Of a stretch of 63,932 nt of DNA, positions 1-9,479 are shown piece after piece. Origin of the DNA: a virus (taxonomy: Duplodnaviria > Caudoviricetes); IMG/VR virus record IMGVR_UViG_3300037070_001552, positions 1 through 63,932 of that record; one strand, given 5' to 3'. How positions within the stretch are numbered: position 1 is the first letter of the stretch; the number at the start of each line of letters is the position of its first letter. The position numbers and the translations under genes were made by a program. Below the pieces are notes generated by a model. That model was not told where the DNA came from, ran no database searches, and worked only from the letters and a program-made list of their open reading frames with translations.

Positions 1-3
1 AGG

Positions 4-129
4 AGCGCCAACTACTCGCGCGGCTCAGACAACGGCAACGGCATCGACTACGACCACGTGCAGTGGTCGACGAACAGCGGCTTCACGGCAGTGGTGTGGG
101 ACGACACTCCACCGAACGGCAATCCGTCA
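4..129. repeat. 126-bp terminal direct repeat, left copy (assembly overlap)
   Basis: AGCGCCAACTAC...AATCCGTCA is identical to 63804-63929 (offset 63,800) and lies inside a CDS. Confidence 0.95.
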
Positions 130-1734
130 GGCGTCTCGAATCCGTCAGGCGGCAGCCCTCCGGTCGCACTCACTCCCGGCACGACGTACCACGTTCGTGC
201 GCGCTCGCACAACGTCAACGGCTGGTCGGGCTGGTCGAACACGATCTCGCAGGCCACGCTGCCCTCGACGCCGCCGACAGTGAGCGTCGCGCCATCCCTG
301 AACGGGCAGTCGTCGCTACTCACCATCACTCCTCCGGGTGGCGTCAGCGGTGTCACGGAATACAACATCGAGTTCCGGCCGTTCGGCGGTGGCACGACGG
401 CATACGCTCAGCCCGGCACGACCAAGACCTTCACCGGACTCACGCCGGGCGCCGTATATGAGTACCGGGCCAATGCCGAGATCGGCACGTACACCTCACC
501 GTGGAGCTCGTGGACGGCGACGACTCAGCCGAACCCGAACACCAACCCCGGCAACTACTTCGACGGATCGACGGCCGACCTGGCGGATCTCGACTACGGG
601 TGGGTCGGCACGGTCAACAACTCGCGCTCGGAAGCGACGGCGTTCGGCGTCGACGGCTGGGATGCGGAGTTCTCGACAACCGCCGGAGTGCTCTACCGCG
701 TGCTCGGCGGCTACGTCAGCACACACGCAGCTCGAGTCGCCTTCACCAAAGACGCGACCAGTGCGAACCAGTGGAACGCGGGGCAGTCGATGGCTGCCGA
801 TGCGTGGGCGGAGGTCGCCGGCGCGCAGACATACACCTTCTCGATCTACGTGAACCCTTCGCGCTCTCAGCGCTTGGCTGCAGCTGCGATGCGTTGGAAT
901 GGCTCGACTACCACGAGGGTCGATGGCACGCCACAGGTGGTTCCCGCGAACCAGTGGACCCGGCTCTCGATCACGACGCTGCTGCCGTCCGATACCATTC
1001 GCGCTGCCGTGCGCGTGATCGACGCATCGGGCACGGGGTTCTCGGTGATGCTCGGCGGCCAGTCGATTTTGCTCGACGGGGCGATGGTCTCTCTCGGCGC
1101 CGAGCTGCTGCCCTACTTCGACGGCAACACGCCTGACACGCAGGAGTATCAGTACGATTGGCTCGGCCTGCCGTTCTTCTCGGACTCAAGCCGATCGGTG
1201 AACACCTCGGTATTCGTCGATCCGCTGGCCGACCCGGACTGCCCGCCGGTGCCGGCGCCGCCGCTCCCGCCGGTGATCGACCAGGACTGCATCGAGGAGA
1301 TCGGATCGTGGCGCCGCTACTTCGTGCAGATCCCCTCCACCGACATTCCACTGTGGGGCAGCGTGCTGCCGACCCTCACGCTGCGTACGATCTCCACTGC
1401 TGAGCGCCAGGTGCGCATCCGCTACTACCCGAACCCGGACGGCCTCTCACCGGACCTGATGGACCTGTCGAACTGGCAGGGCGAAATGATCCTCACGTAC
1501 ATCCCGCCCGACACCGAGCTCACGCTCGATGGCGTGACTCAGCGCGTGTGGGCAGAGGTCGGGGGAAACGGAACCGTCGTCGCTGGCGACCAGCTGCTGT
1601 TCGGAACGGGCGGCGTGCCGGCAACGTGGCCTGAGCTCGCGTGTGGGGTGGGGTACATTATCAGCCTCGACGTTCCGCTCGAATCGTCAGCCGGAAACCT
1701 GGGCGTCGACCTGAGCCTGACCCAAAGGATCTAG
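4..1734 (+). CDS. Minor tail protein, 3' part (fibronectin-III-like and carbohydrate-binding-like modules); gene starts at 63387 across the junction
   Basis: In frame with ATG 63387; FN3-like motifs LTPGTTYHVRARSHN and LTPGAVYEYRANA; CBM-like YTFSIYV...WTRLSIT; lies downstream of tape measure. Confidence 0.8.
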   Translation, partial: SANYSRGSDNGNGIDYDHVQWSTNSGFTAVVWDDTPPNGNPSGVSNPSGGSPPVALTPGTTYHVRARSHNVNGWSGWSNTISQATLPSTPPTVSVAPSLNGQSSLLTITPPGGVSGVTEYNIEFRPFGGGTTAYAQPGTTKTFTGLTPGAVYEYRANAEIGTYTSPWSSWTATTQPNPNTNPGNYFDGSTADLADLDYGWVGTVNNSRSEATAFGVDGWDAEFSTTAGVLYRVLGGYVSTHAARVAFTKDATSANQWNAGQSMAADAWAEVAGAQTYTFSIYVNPSRSQRLAAAAMRWNGSTTTRVDGTPQVVPANQWTRLSITTLLPSDTIRAAVRVIDASGTGFSVMLGGQSILLDGAMVSLGAELLPYFDGNTPDTQEYQYDWLGLPFFSDSSRSVNTSVFVDPLADPDCPPVPAPPLPPVIDQDCIEEIGSWRRYFVQIPSTDIPLWGSVLPTLTLRTISTAERQVRIRYYPNPDGLSPDLMDLSNWQGEMILTYIPPDTELTLDGVTQRVWAEVGGNGTVVAGDQLLFGTGGVPATWPELACGVGYIISLDVPLESSAGNLGVDLSLTQRI

Positions 1735-1736
1735 CC

Positions 1737-2894
1737 ATGCCGGATTGCGTCGTCAACCACACGGCGATGATCTTCGACAGGGGCGGGACACGCCGATACG
1801 GCCCGCCCCTGTTCGAACTGACCAAGGTCGCGTGGGACCGCCGGCGCGACTCGATCTCCGAGGCGAGCATTCGCATCGAGGGCGACGCCTGCTCGAGCCA
1901 GGCCGCGTTTCTCTCGAGCATCCGCACACACCGCCACGAGCTCGTGATCTTCCGAGGGAATCAGCGCGTGTGGGAGGGCCCGATCGGTCGCACCACGATT
2001 CGGGGCACGTACGCCGAGATCCACGCGAACGACGTGCTCGCGTACGTGAAGAAAACCCCGATGACCAAGGTGTACGACAACACCTACGAGGGCGCCGGCG
2101 TCACCGAGGTCACCACGCGCATCGGCAACATCATCGCCTATGAGCTCTCGACGGGGCGCATCCAGAAGGATGCCGCCGGCTTCGACTTCCCGGTGCCGGC
2201 GTGGGAGTCGCTGGACCCGCCCGTGAACATCGTGCCGCATCTGGTGATCCACCACTTCCCGAACGAGGCACGCACCTCGAGCAAGACGCTCGCCTACCAG
2301 ATGACGGTCGGCGATCACCTGCAGCAGCTGGCCCGCACGTCGGGCATCGACTTCACGGTGGTCGGCCGCGCCATCCACATCTGGGATGTGTCGCGCTCGA
2401 TCGGCGAGATCGGCACCATGACCGAAGCGAACTTCTACTCAGACGTGGCGGTCAGCGAGTACGGCGCGGATCACGCGCAGGCGTCGTACACAGTCGGTCA
2501 GTCGGGCACGTACGGCTCGGCGCTGAACACCGAGAACCTCGACTACTACGGCCCGTGGACCACGATCTTCACGGCCTACAACGAGGAGCCGATCTCGGGC
2601 CCGTCGCAGGCTGAGCTCGATAGCCAGTCGAAGCGGAACCTCTCTGGCCGCTCGCCGGCGCCCATCGAGGTGCGAGTCCCCGACAACTCGAGCGTGATCC
2701 TCACCGACACGCTGACGATCAACGATCTCGTGCCGGGTGTGCGCGTACCGCTGCGCGCCACGCTGAACGCACGTCAGCTGGCGCAGACGCAGAAGATCGA
2801 CAACGTGAAGGTGGTCGAGACTTCCAAGGGTGAGACGGTGCAGCTCGTGCTCACGCCGACCACAAAGGCCGATGAGGATGTGGAGGAGCCGTGA
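1737..2894 (+). CDS. Minor tail protein (baseplate hub-like)
   Basis: 385-aa ORF in the tail module; ELVIFRGNQRVWEGPI is typical of actinophage minor tail proteins. Confidence 0.75.
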   Translation: MPDCVVNHTAMIFDRGGTRRYGPPLFELTKVAWDRRRDSISEASIRIEGDACSSQAAFLSSIRTHRHELVIFRGNQRVWEGPIGRTTIRGTYAEIHANDVLAYVKKTPMTKVYDNTYEGAGVTEVTTRIGNIIAYELSTGRIQKDAAGFDFPVPAWESLDPPVNIVPHLVIHHFPNEARTSSKTLAYQMTVGDHLQQLARTSGIDFTVVGRAIHIWDVSRSIGEIGTMTEANFYSDVAVSEYGADHAQASYTVGQSGTYGSALNTENLDYYGPWTTIFTAYNEEPISGPSQAELDSQSKRNLSGRSPAPIEVRVPDNSSVILTDTLTINDLVPGVRVPLRATLNARQLAQTQKIDNVKVVETSKGETVQLVLTPTTKADEDVEEP

Positions 2895-3904
2895 CCGCTG
2901 ACTCATACAAGCGCTCGCCGGAGGGCATGCTCGAGGACTTCAAGGAGCGCATCGAGCTGCTCGAGCGCCGCATCTTCCCGACGCGCCTGGGCGCGACCGG
3001 GCGCTATGTCACGAACTGGAACTTCGCGGTCGAGTCGGGGTTCTACTGGTCAGACCAGAACGCGACCAACCGGCCGCCGCACGGCTCGTGGTCCTCGGCC
3101 ATCGTCTATCGCAACGACATGCCGGGATTCGAGCGCGTCATTCAGGATGCGATGCAGCCGACCACTTCGCCCGACACGATGGCGGTGGAGTGGCGTCGCG
3201 TCGCATTCCCGGACGGTGCCGGCGGGTGGACCTGGGGCACCTGGCAGCCGCTCCCGGGCGTGCGCGGCACCACGGTTCAGCGCGATCTGTATTTCTTCCC
3301 GCCGACGACAGACGCCAACCGCGCAGCGCTCGCGAATCGCCGCATCCAGTACTTCAACACGACCCTCAATCGCTTCGAGACGTTCCTGGCCTCGATCGGC
3401 ACGACGGGGCTCACCGCCCCGGGGGTGCTGGCCGGCATGGGCTCGGGGTGGTACAGCCTGCCCGCCGAGGAGTGGGCGTCTCTCGGCGGTCCCATCGCTC
3501 ACACATCTGGACCCGGTGGGGTGTACGCCTGCACCTGGACCAAGGGCGTCGTGTCTGCGGGTGCGACCCTGAACCCGTTCAGCACCAACGGCGGCAGCAC
3601 CCTCGGAATCACCATCGGCCAGACCGGGCAGTACGAGTGCGTATCGCACCATCGGTCGGCCGGCTCGAACGGCTACAGTACTCTCGCGCTGAACGGCGAT
3701 CGCGTTGCACTCGAGTCGCGCGCGACCGGAATGTTCGATCACGATCACGGCCTGGGAAGCGAGACCTACTCCACATCGCACTACATCGGGCTGCTGAATG
3801 CTGGCGAAGTCGTCACGATGGGACCACCCGCTGGGGCGGGTGCGTCGATGCAGTGGAGCAGTCAGACGCTTACGGGCACGCTCACGGTCAAGCGCATTTC
3901 GTAG
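2891..3904 (+). CDS. Minor tail / tail fibre-like protein
   Basis: GTGA overlap with upstream gene; N-terminal ERIELLERR coil; Gly/Thr-rich beta C-terminus; last tail gene before lysis. Confidence 0.65.
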   Translation: MTADSYKRSPEGMLEDFKERIELLERRIFPTRLGATGRYVTNWNFAVESGFYWSDQNATNRPPHGSWSSAIVYRNDMPGFERVIQDAMQPTTSPDTMAVEWRRVAFPDGAGGWTWGTWQPLPGVRGTTVQRDLYFFPPTTDANRAALANRRIQYFNTTLNRFETFLASIGTTGLTAPGVLAGMGSGWYSLPAEEWASLGGPIAHTSGPGGVYACTWTKGVVSAGATLNPFSTNGGSTLGITIGQTGQYECVSHHRSAGSNGYSTLALNGDRVALESRATGMFDHDHGLGSETYSTSHYIGLLNAGEVVTMGPPAGAGASMQWSSQTLTGTLTVKRIS

Positions 3905-3947
3905 CTCGCGTGGCATCATAAGGGCATAGCCCGGAAGGAGACAACCC

Positions 3948-4184
3948 ATGTCGAAGGCTCAGGAAGTGCTCGAGAATCTGGATCCGAAGGATCGCGCGAA
4001 GCTCACCAAGGCGCTGCGCGGGTGGAGCAAGGGCGGCGTCGAGAGGCCGCTCATCCCGATGGCAGACGACGTGACCGAGGACGGCATCGCGGATGCGTGG
4101 GGTCTGGATGAACACGGCGAGCTCGTCGTGGTGGCCGGCATCCCGCTCGCTGACACCGTGTACAAGACGGAGGCACCGTCATGA
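3948..4184 (+). CDS. Hypothetical protein
   Basis: RBS GGAAGGAG; ATGA overlap with endolysin. Confidence 0.75.
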   Translation: MSKAQEVLENLDPKDRAKLTKALRGWSKGGVERPLIPMADDVTEDGIADAWGLDEHGELVVVAGIPLADTVYKTEAPS

Positions 4185-5923
4185 GTTGGGTCACGATCGA
4201 CGGCGAGCGCGTAGCGTCGGCCGTCGCAGACGACTTCCGGGCGATGAACGAGGAGTTCCATCGCGTATGGGGCGTGTGGCTCGTCGTCACGTCGGGCACG
4301 CGTACCTCTCAGGAGCAGATCGACATCTTCCTGAGCCGGTACACGACCAACCCCGGCGGGCGCCACGTCTACGACACGCGCTGGTGGAACGGCGTGCTCT
4401 ACTACCGCGTCTCGAGCGCGGGCACCGTCGCACAGCCAGGCACCTCGAACCACGAGGAGAACGGGCCGATCGGCCCTCGAGCCCTCGACATCCAGGACAC
4501 CGGCGGCGACGCCGGCATCCTCACGCACTCGTCCGCGCGCGCGCAGTGGTATCACAACAACTCGCACCGCTGGAACTTCGACTCGGCCGGCGACGGCTTC
4601 GGCGAAGAGTGGCACAAGCAGTGGACGGGTGGCGACCCGCACGGTGGAACTGCGGCCGGCGACAACACGGTCAAGATGCAGCAGCTGTGGCTGAACCAGA
4701 CCCGCGGCGAGCAGCTCGTGGCCGATGGCGTGAAGGGCTCGCTGACCACGGAGGCGTTCAAGCGCTACCAGACGTTCCTGCGTGCGTTCGGCTACACCGG
4801 CGACATCGACGGCGACTGGGGTCCGGGCACGCAGGGAGCGCACGACAAGTACGCTGCAGCGTGGAACGCCGAGCAGGCGAACAAGCCGCCCGCATTCCCG
4901 CTGCCGGCGAGCCAGTGGTTCGGGCCGGAGGCTGGCGGCGACAACTCCATCAGCGGCTGGCACCACCCCTCGGGCACCGGAGACCCCGGGCTCAAGCAGT
5001 GGCAGACACGCATGAAGGAGCGCGGCTGGACGATCAACCCCGACGGCTACTACGGCCCGATGGGTGCGACCGAACCGACCGGCGAGACTGCGGGCGTCGC
5101 GAAGGCGTTCCAGGCCGAGAAGGGCCTGACCGCCGATGGGCTGATCGGGCCCAAGACGTGGGAGGCGGCATGGAACGCGCCGCTGACCCCGCCGCCGGCA
5201 CCGGAGGAGCCAGGCACACCGCCCCCTCAGCCGGTCCCGCTGCCGGACAACCCGCGCAACCTGCCCACCTACGAGCCGGTCTACCCCGGCGCGAAGTGGG
5301 GCCTCAAGGCGCCGCTCGGCGATGGCCTGCGCGGCGAGAAGGGCGAGGACCACACCCCGGTCCCGTTCATCATCGACCGCGAGATCGAGCACCACACGGG
5401 CACGACGGTGGATCAGCTGGATTGGTTCAGCTACCGCAACTCGCGCTCGAGCTGCCCGAACTGGTTCATCCGCCCGGACGGCACCGTGTTCGAGCTCATC
5501 CGTCCGCTCAACAAGCCGGCACTCACCGGCCCGGAGTGGAACTGGCGCTCGGTCGGCTGGGAGATTCAGGCGACCAACAGCGTCACGTGGGAGGGCACCG
5601 CGGCGCAGTTTGAAGCGGTCGCACAGCTGCTCGCGTGGCTCTCGAGCTACAACGGCAAGGAGCTCGACGGCGTGCCGGTCGTGCTCCCGCTGGATCGCGA
5701 GCACTTCATCAACCACCGCGAGGCTCTGCCTGGCACCGAATGCCCGGGCAACTGGTGGGCATCCCGCATGGACGCTCAGCTGGAACGTGCGCGCGAGATC
5801 TTCGCCGAGAAGTACGAGGAGACCGATCCGCCGGTCGACCCTGACCCGGACCCGGACAGCTACGTCGTGAGCAAGAATCTCGGCGACGCGATCAAGGGGC
5901 TCGTGGATCGGGCCTTTGCTTAG
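4181..5923 (+). CDS. Endolysin: M15 peptidase + two peptidoglycan-binding domains + Amidase_2
   Basis: M15 motifs SGTRT..EQ, PGTSNHE, ALDI, EEWH; PG-binding motifs DGDWGPGT and FQAEKGLTADGLIGPKTW; amidase motifs EHHTG and HRE..PGTECPG. Confidence 0.85.
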   Translation: MSWVTIDGERVASAVADDFRAMNEEFHRVWGVWLVVTSGTRTSQEQIDIFLSRYTTNPGGRHVYDTRWWNGVLYYRVSSAGTVAQPGTSNHEENGPIGPRALDIQDTGGDAGILTHSSARAQWYHNNSHRWNFDSAGDGFGEEWHKQWTGGDPHGGTAAGDNTVKMQQLWLNQTRGEQLVADGVKGSLTTEAFKRYQTFLRAFGYTGDIDGDWGPGTQGAHDKYAAAWNAEQANKPPAFPLPASQWFGPEAGGDNSISGWHHPSGTGDPGLKQWQTRMKERGWTINPDGYYGPMGATEPTGETAGVAKAFQAEKGLTADGLIGPKTWEAAWNAPLTPPPAPEEPGTPPPQPVPLPDNPRNLPTYEPVYPGAKWGLKAPLGDGLRGEKGEDHTPVPFIIDREIEHHTGTTVDQLDWFSYRNSRSSCPNWFIRPDGTVFELIRPLNKPALTGPEWNWRSVGWEIQATNSVTWEGTAAQFEAVAQLLAWLSSYNGKELDGVPVVLPLDREHFINHREALPGTECPGNWWASRMDAQLERAREIFAEKYEETDPPVDPDPDPDSYVVSKNLGDAIKGLVDRAFA

Positions 5924-5930
5924 GAGCAAC

Positions 5931-6401
5931 ATGCTCTCTGCCTACCCGCTAAAAAACCGCGTGTCAGTCAGGTTCCTTCTGACTGGCGCGTGGTTTTTCG
6001 CGGGCTGTGCCGGCCTCTCGGCCGCCGCGCTCGTGAACATCACGTTCGTGCGCGAGCTCGGCATCTTCATGACAATCCTCTGTGGCGCCGCTCTCGCCGG
6101 CGGCGCCCTCATCGCAGCTCTCGGAGTCGCGATGAATAGCTACCGATGGGAGTGGGGTGCATCGTGGCTGGCCGCGTTCGGCCTGTCCCCCTACCTCATC
6201 GGGATCTGGTTGGCGGTGTGGTTCATAGACATCGGCCGTATCAGTCAGGCGCTACTGGTTACCTCGCTGGTGGTGTTCTTCCTCTACCGAAGCGCGATGT
6301 GCGCAGCGCACGCCGCGAAGTTGCGGAGCTTGCACCAAGCAGCGGAGGTGACATTCCATGCTGACGACGACGATGACGACAGCGATGACAGCCGTGACTA
6401 A
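5931..6401 (+). CDS. Membrane protein (about 4 TM), lysis cassette
   Basis: AGGAG RBS; four hydrophobic segments; directly follows endolysin. Confidence 0.75.
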   Translation: MLSAYPLKNRVSVRFLLTGAWFFAGCAGLSAAALVNITFVRELGIFMTILCGAALAGGALIAALGVAMNSYRWEWGASWLAAFGLSPYLIGIWLAVWFIDIGRISQALLVTSLVVFFLYRSAMCAAHAAKLRSLHQAAEVTFHADDDDDDSDDSRD

Positions 6402-6795
6402 TGCCCCATTCGAACCGGCGCCATGGGTCACCCCGATCCTGGCGATTCTGGCGATCATCTTCGGAACAGGCGGGATAGCCACCATCGCGAAGGCGCGCGC
6501 CGACCGCAAGAACGGCGTGGCCGCAGCCGAGACGGCAGAGGACGATTCGGTCTCCGAGCGGTGGCGCAAGATCATCGAGGCGCAGACCGAAAGCCTCGTG
6601 GGCCCGCTGCAGAAGCGACTCAGCGAAGTCGAAACGAAAGTGCAGACGTTGGAACAGGAACTGATCGAGACGCGAGCGAAGTACTGGAAAGCGGTGAAGT
6701 ACATCCGTACCCTGTTGACCTGGATAGCTCGCAACGGACCACAGACAGACACAGAGCTCCCCACACCCCCGGCCGAAGTGGTCGAGGACATCTAA
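6394..6795 (+). CDS. Single-TM coiled-coil membrane protein, lysis cassette
   Basis: WVTPILAILAIIFGTGGIATIA followed by a coiled coil; start codon uncertain. Confidence 0.7.
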   Translation: MTNAPFEPAPWVTPILAILAIIFGTGGIATIAKARADRKNGVAAAETAEDDSVSERWRKIIEAQTESLVGPLQKRLSEVETKVQTLEQELIETRAKYWKAVKYIRTLLTWIARNGPQTDTELPTPPAEVVEDI

Positions 6796-6807
6796 GGAAG
6801 GAACATC

Positions 6808-7317
6808 ATGAACCCGGTCGTCACTCCGACCCTGATTCCGTCGAAGTACACGGCGGCAACTATGGGTCTGATCATCACCGTCGTATTCGCGCTGCAGGTT
6901 GCGATCACGGACGGCATCACCGCGGTCGAGGGCTGGAACCTCGGCGCACTCGCGGTCGGCGCAATCATCACGTACTACGCGCCACTCGTCGGATCGAAGA
7001 ACACCACCGTCGCCGCCATCATGAAGATTGCCGGCGCCGTTGTGGCTGCCGTTGTCATCGTGATCGTCGACGCTCTGAACGCAGGGCTCGACTGGAACGC
7101 TCAGACGATTGTGGCCGTGGCCTTCGCCGGCTTGAACGCTCTAGCCGCGCAGATCGGTGTGTCGGCTCGAGTGTCCGAAGTCAAGACCGCGCTCGAGAAC
7201 CCGGCCGTCCCCAACAAGGAGGTCGTCGCGGCCGACGCGAAGGGTGTCGTGCAGGTTGCGCACTCCGGTGCTGTTGTGGGCGTCACCGCCGGCAACGTGC
7301 CGGGTCTCGCCGACTAG
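6808..7317 (+). CDS. Putative holin / multi-TM membrane protein
   Basis: AAGGAAGGA RBS; 4 hydrophobic helices; last gene of lysis cassette. Confidence 0.65.
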   Translation: MNPVVTPTLIPSKYTAATMGLIITVVFALQVAITDGITAVEGWNLGALAVGAIITYYAPLVGSKNTTVAAIMKIAGAVVAAVVIVIVDALNAGLDWNAQTIVAVAFAGLNALAAQIGVSARVSEVKTALENPAVPNKEVVAADAKGVVQVAHSGAVVGVTAGNVPGLAD

Positions 7318-7330
7318 CGCGCGCGTACGA

Positions 7331-7363
7331 GAAAGGCCCGGACCTTGGGGGTCCGGGCCTTTC
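7331..7363. terminator. Bidirectional intrinsic terminator between convergent arms
   Basis: Perfect 14-bp stem GAAAGGCCCGGACC-TTGGG-GGTCCGGGCCTTTC. Confidence 0.8.
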
Positions 7364-7436
7364 CGGTGCTCGCGGCCATTGCGACCGGGCACCTCATCCG
7401 ACGTGGCGCCGCCTGGGGGCAGCGCGTGCGCCGGGG

Positions 7437-9011
7437 TCAGAACCCTCGGGAGAACTCCGTGAGCAGAGCCGGCACGTCTGCGCCGAATCCTGCAATGTCC
7501 AGCATGCCAGGATCGCTCGGGTCCGCGATGCTCATGTTCGTCACCGAAGTGGCGAGCACGCACAGCTTGGCCGGGATGCCCGTCTGACGACGGTACTGGG
7601 CGAGCAGCTGCGGGACGTGGAAGCCGCGGTTCACCTCGTTGTCGGTCACGACCACGAAGGTGTCCACCTCGAGCTTCTGCTTGGTAGCGAACTCGATCAG
7701 AGCGCCCGGGTTGGTCGCGCCCCACATGCGAGACAGCGCCTGACCACGAGACATGCCCGTCTGCAGGCTGTCGCCTCGCTGGATGCCGAGCTCGCGGATC
7801 TCACTCGCGAAGCCGACCGCCATGGATGCCGGCTCCGTGCGGATGATCTTCATCGCCAGCACGATCGCGATCTCCGCAGCCGTGAGGCCGTTGAGATCGG
7901 TGTAGCCAGAGGTCATGGACGGCGACACGTCGACACCGATGAGGGTGCGCTTGCCGCTCGCCGGCGCCGTCTCGAACGCCTTGTAGAACGCCTGGTCGAG
8001 CACCTCGAGCACTCCGTTGTTGGGGCGGTACGAGAGTCCCGACCGCGAGCGACCGCCAGCGTACTGACGTGCGGCCATGAGGATGCCGAGCGGGTGGATG
8101 CGAGCCTTGCGCAGCTGCTCCTCGTCCATGAGCTTCGCGCCGATCAGCTGGCTCGCGTGGTTGGTGAACCACGCGTCGATCACCTCGAGCTCGGTGAGGC
8201 GCGGCAGCTGGCGAAGCATGGCACCCAGGGGCAGGCTGTTCTGGTCGAGCAGAAGCTCCCAGGTCTCGCGCTTGCGCTTGGCCTTGTCAGGCAGCATTTC
8301 CCAGGACGCGCCGGCAGCGATGAGCTCGCCGGCGGTTGCATCCTCGCGCTCGAGAGCGGTCAGAAGCTTCGGCAGCTCGGCGCTCTCGACCTTCTCGCCA
8401 CGTGCCCACCGCAGGGTGGTCGCGGTCGCGCCCACCTGGCCGGCAAGAGCGTGGCTCATGTCGATCAGATCCTTCTGCGCCCAGCCATCGCGCTGCTTGT
8501 ACTTCGCCAGCTGGTACGCGAGGCCGTCGAACGAGCGCTCCGTGTACCACTGGGACACGGCACGACGCCACGAGCGACCCACCTTGCCGCCCAGCAGCTT
8601 GTGGTAGCGCGCCCAGGTAAGCAGGTGAGAGCCGGTGCGCACGGTCACCGGGAACAGGCGGAACGCCTCGGCACGGGCAGGGCCCGGCTGAGCGGTGCAC
8701 ATGGCGAGCGCGAACAGCTGGGGATCCAGCTTCGGCGCGAGGCCGCGCACGCTCACGTCACGGATGAGATCGACGAACTCGATCGGCTTCTCCGCGATGA
8801 GCCGGCGCAGGCCATCCACGTTCTCACGCGTGATGTCCCGCTCCGACTGGTAGTAGGTGCCACCGTTGGAGCCGATGATGAGGAAGCGACGCGCACGGGC
8901 AAGATCGCCGATGTCGTAGACAGCGCCGCCGTCGTGGTTCTTGATCGTGCCGGCGATGGGCTCGGTCACGGATGCGGGCTCGAAAGCCCGGGTGTATGCG
9001 TTCTCTCGCAT
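7437..9011 (-). CDS. rsr: Ro60/Rsr RNA-binding protein (TROVE + vWA)
   Basis: Ro60 motifs RFLIIGSNGGTYY, LAKYKQRDGW, RIHP, MIDAS DVSPSM, TDNE, SIADPSDPGMLDIAGF; 524 aa. Confidence 0.93.
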   Translation of the reverse strand: MRENAYTRAFEPASVTEPIAGTIKNHDGGAVYDIGDLARARRFLIIGSNGGTYYQSERDITRENVDGLRRLIAEKPIEFVDLIRDVSVRGLAPKLDPQLFALAMCTAQPGPARAEAFRLFPVTVRTGSHLLTWARYHKLLGGKVGRSWRRAVSQWYTERSFDGLAYQLAKYKQRDGWAQKDLIDMSHALAGQVGATATTLRWARGEKVESAELPKLLTALEREDATAGELIAAGASWEMLPDKAKRKRETWELLLDQNSLPLGAMLRQLPRLTELEVIDAWFTNHASQLIGAKLMDEEQLRKARIHPLGILMAARQYAGGRSRSGLSYRPNNGVLEVLDQAFYKAFETAPASGKRTLIGVDVSPSMTSGYTDLNGLTAAEIAIVLAMKIIRTEPASMAVGFASEIRELGIQRGDSLQTGMSRGQALSRMWGATNPGALIEFATKQKLEVDTFVVVTDNEVNRGFHVPQLLAQYRRQTGIPAKLCVLATSVTNMSIADPSDPGMLDIAGFGADVPALLTEFSRGF

Positions 9012-9021
9012 AACAACCCCT

Positions 9022-9087
9022 TTCGGATGTGGGTGTTGCGACCGGAGGGAATCTTTTCAAGAGATAACCGATCGCGAGCGACCCGAA
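9022..9087 (-). ncRNA. Y-RNA-like unit F (minimal stem, abuts rsr RBS)
   Basis: GGGTCG..ATCGGTTAT / CCGGT..CACATCC; closing stem TTC/GAA; only a short internal hairpin. Confidence 0.7.
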
Positions 9088-9102
9088 TGGATGTGTTGGG
9101 TG

Positions 9103-9215
9103 CTGCGGATATGAGTAGCTGCCGGAAGTGAACCCCCGACTGACCCCGGCCTTCAAGCCGGGCGTCCTGGGCTTCGCATGAATGGTTGCGATAACCGACT
9201 GCAAGCGACCCGCAG
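9103..9215 (-). ncRNA. Y-RNA-like unit E (no T-loop)
   Basis: GGGTCG..GTCGGTTAT / CCGGC..CATATCC; closing stem CTGC/GCAG; hairpins TCGCA/TGCGA and CCCGGC/GCCGGG. Confidence 0.7.
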
Positions 9216-9221
9216 GTCTGG

Positions 9222-9363
9222 TCAACGGATGTGAGGTGAAACCGGAGAGGGCATGCGCCCGATTGACCTAGGCCGCTAGTCGACCCCGGCGCGGAGCCGG
9301 GGGCGGGATTCGAACCCGCGTCCATCCTTTGGATGAGATAACCGATTTCGATCGACCCGTTGA
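9222..9363 (-). ncRNA. yrlA: YrlA-like Y RNA unit D (permuted tRNA mimic)
   Basis: Conserved stem plus T arm GCGGG-TTCGAAT-CCCGC, looped 7-bp acceptor-like stem CCCCGGC/GCCGGGG, D arm GACT-AGCGGCCTA-GGTC; closing stem TCAAC/GTTGA. Confidence 0.85.
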
Positions 9364-9370
9364 GGTCTGT

Positions 9371-9472
9371 CCGAGAGGATGTGAGGTGGAACCGGATAGC
9401 AGCCACGACAGCTGCGGACGAGCCTGAGGCCCGCCTCATTGCCAGGTAACCGATTCCGGTCGACCCTCTCGA
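9371..9472 (-). ncRNA. Y-RNA-like unit C (two-hairpin domain)
   Basis: GGGTCG..ATCGGTTAC / CCGGT..CACATCC; closing stem TCGAGA/TCTCGG; hairpins TGAGG/CCTCA and GCAGC/GCTGC. Confidence 0.72.
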
Positions 9473-9479
9473 AGAATGG

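Noticed and set aside
4-129. Biological terminal repeat or att site
   Set aside because: It lies inside a tail gene, its length is typical of an assembler overlap, and no integrase was found
3959-5932. 657-aa minus-strand ORF
   Set aside because: Antisense to the endolysin; no recognisable motifs
6423-9131. 902-aa plus-strand ORF
   Set aside because: Shadow frame over the lysis genes and antisense to rsr; typical high-GC artefact
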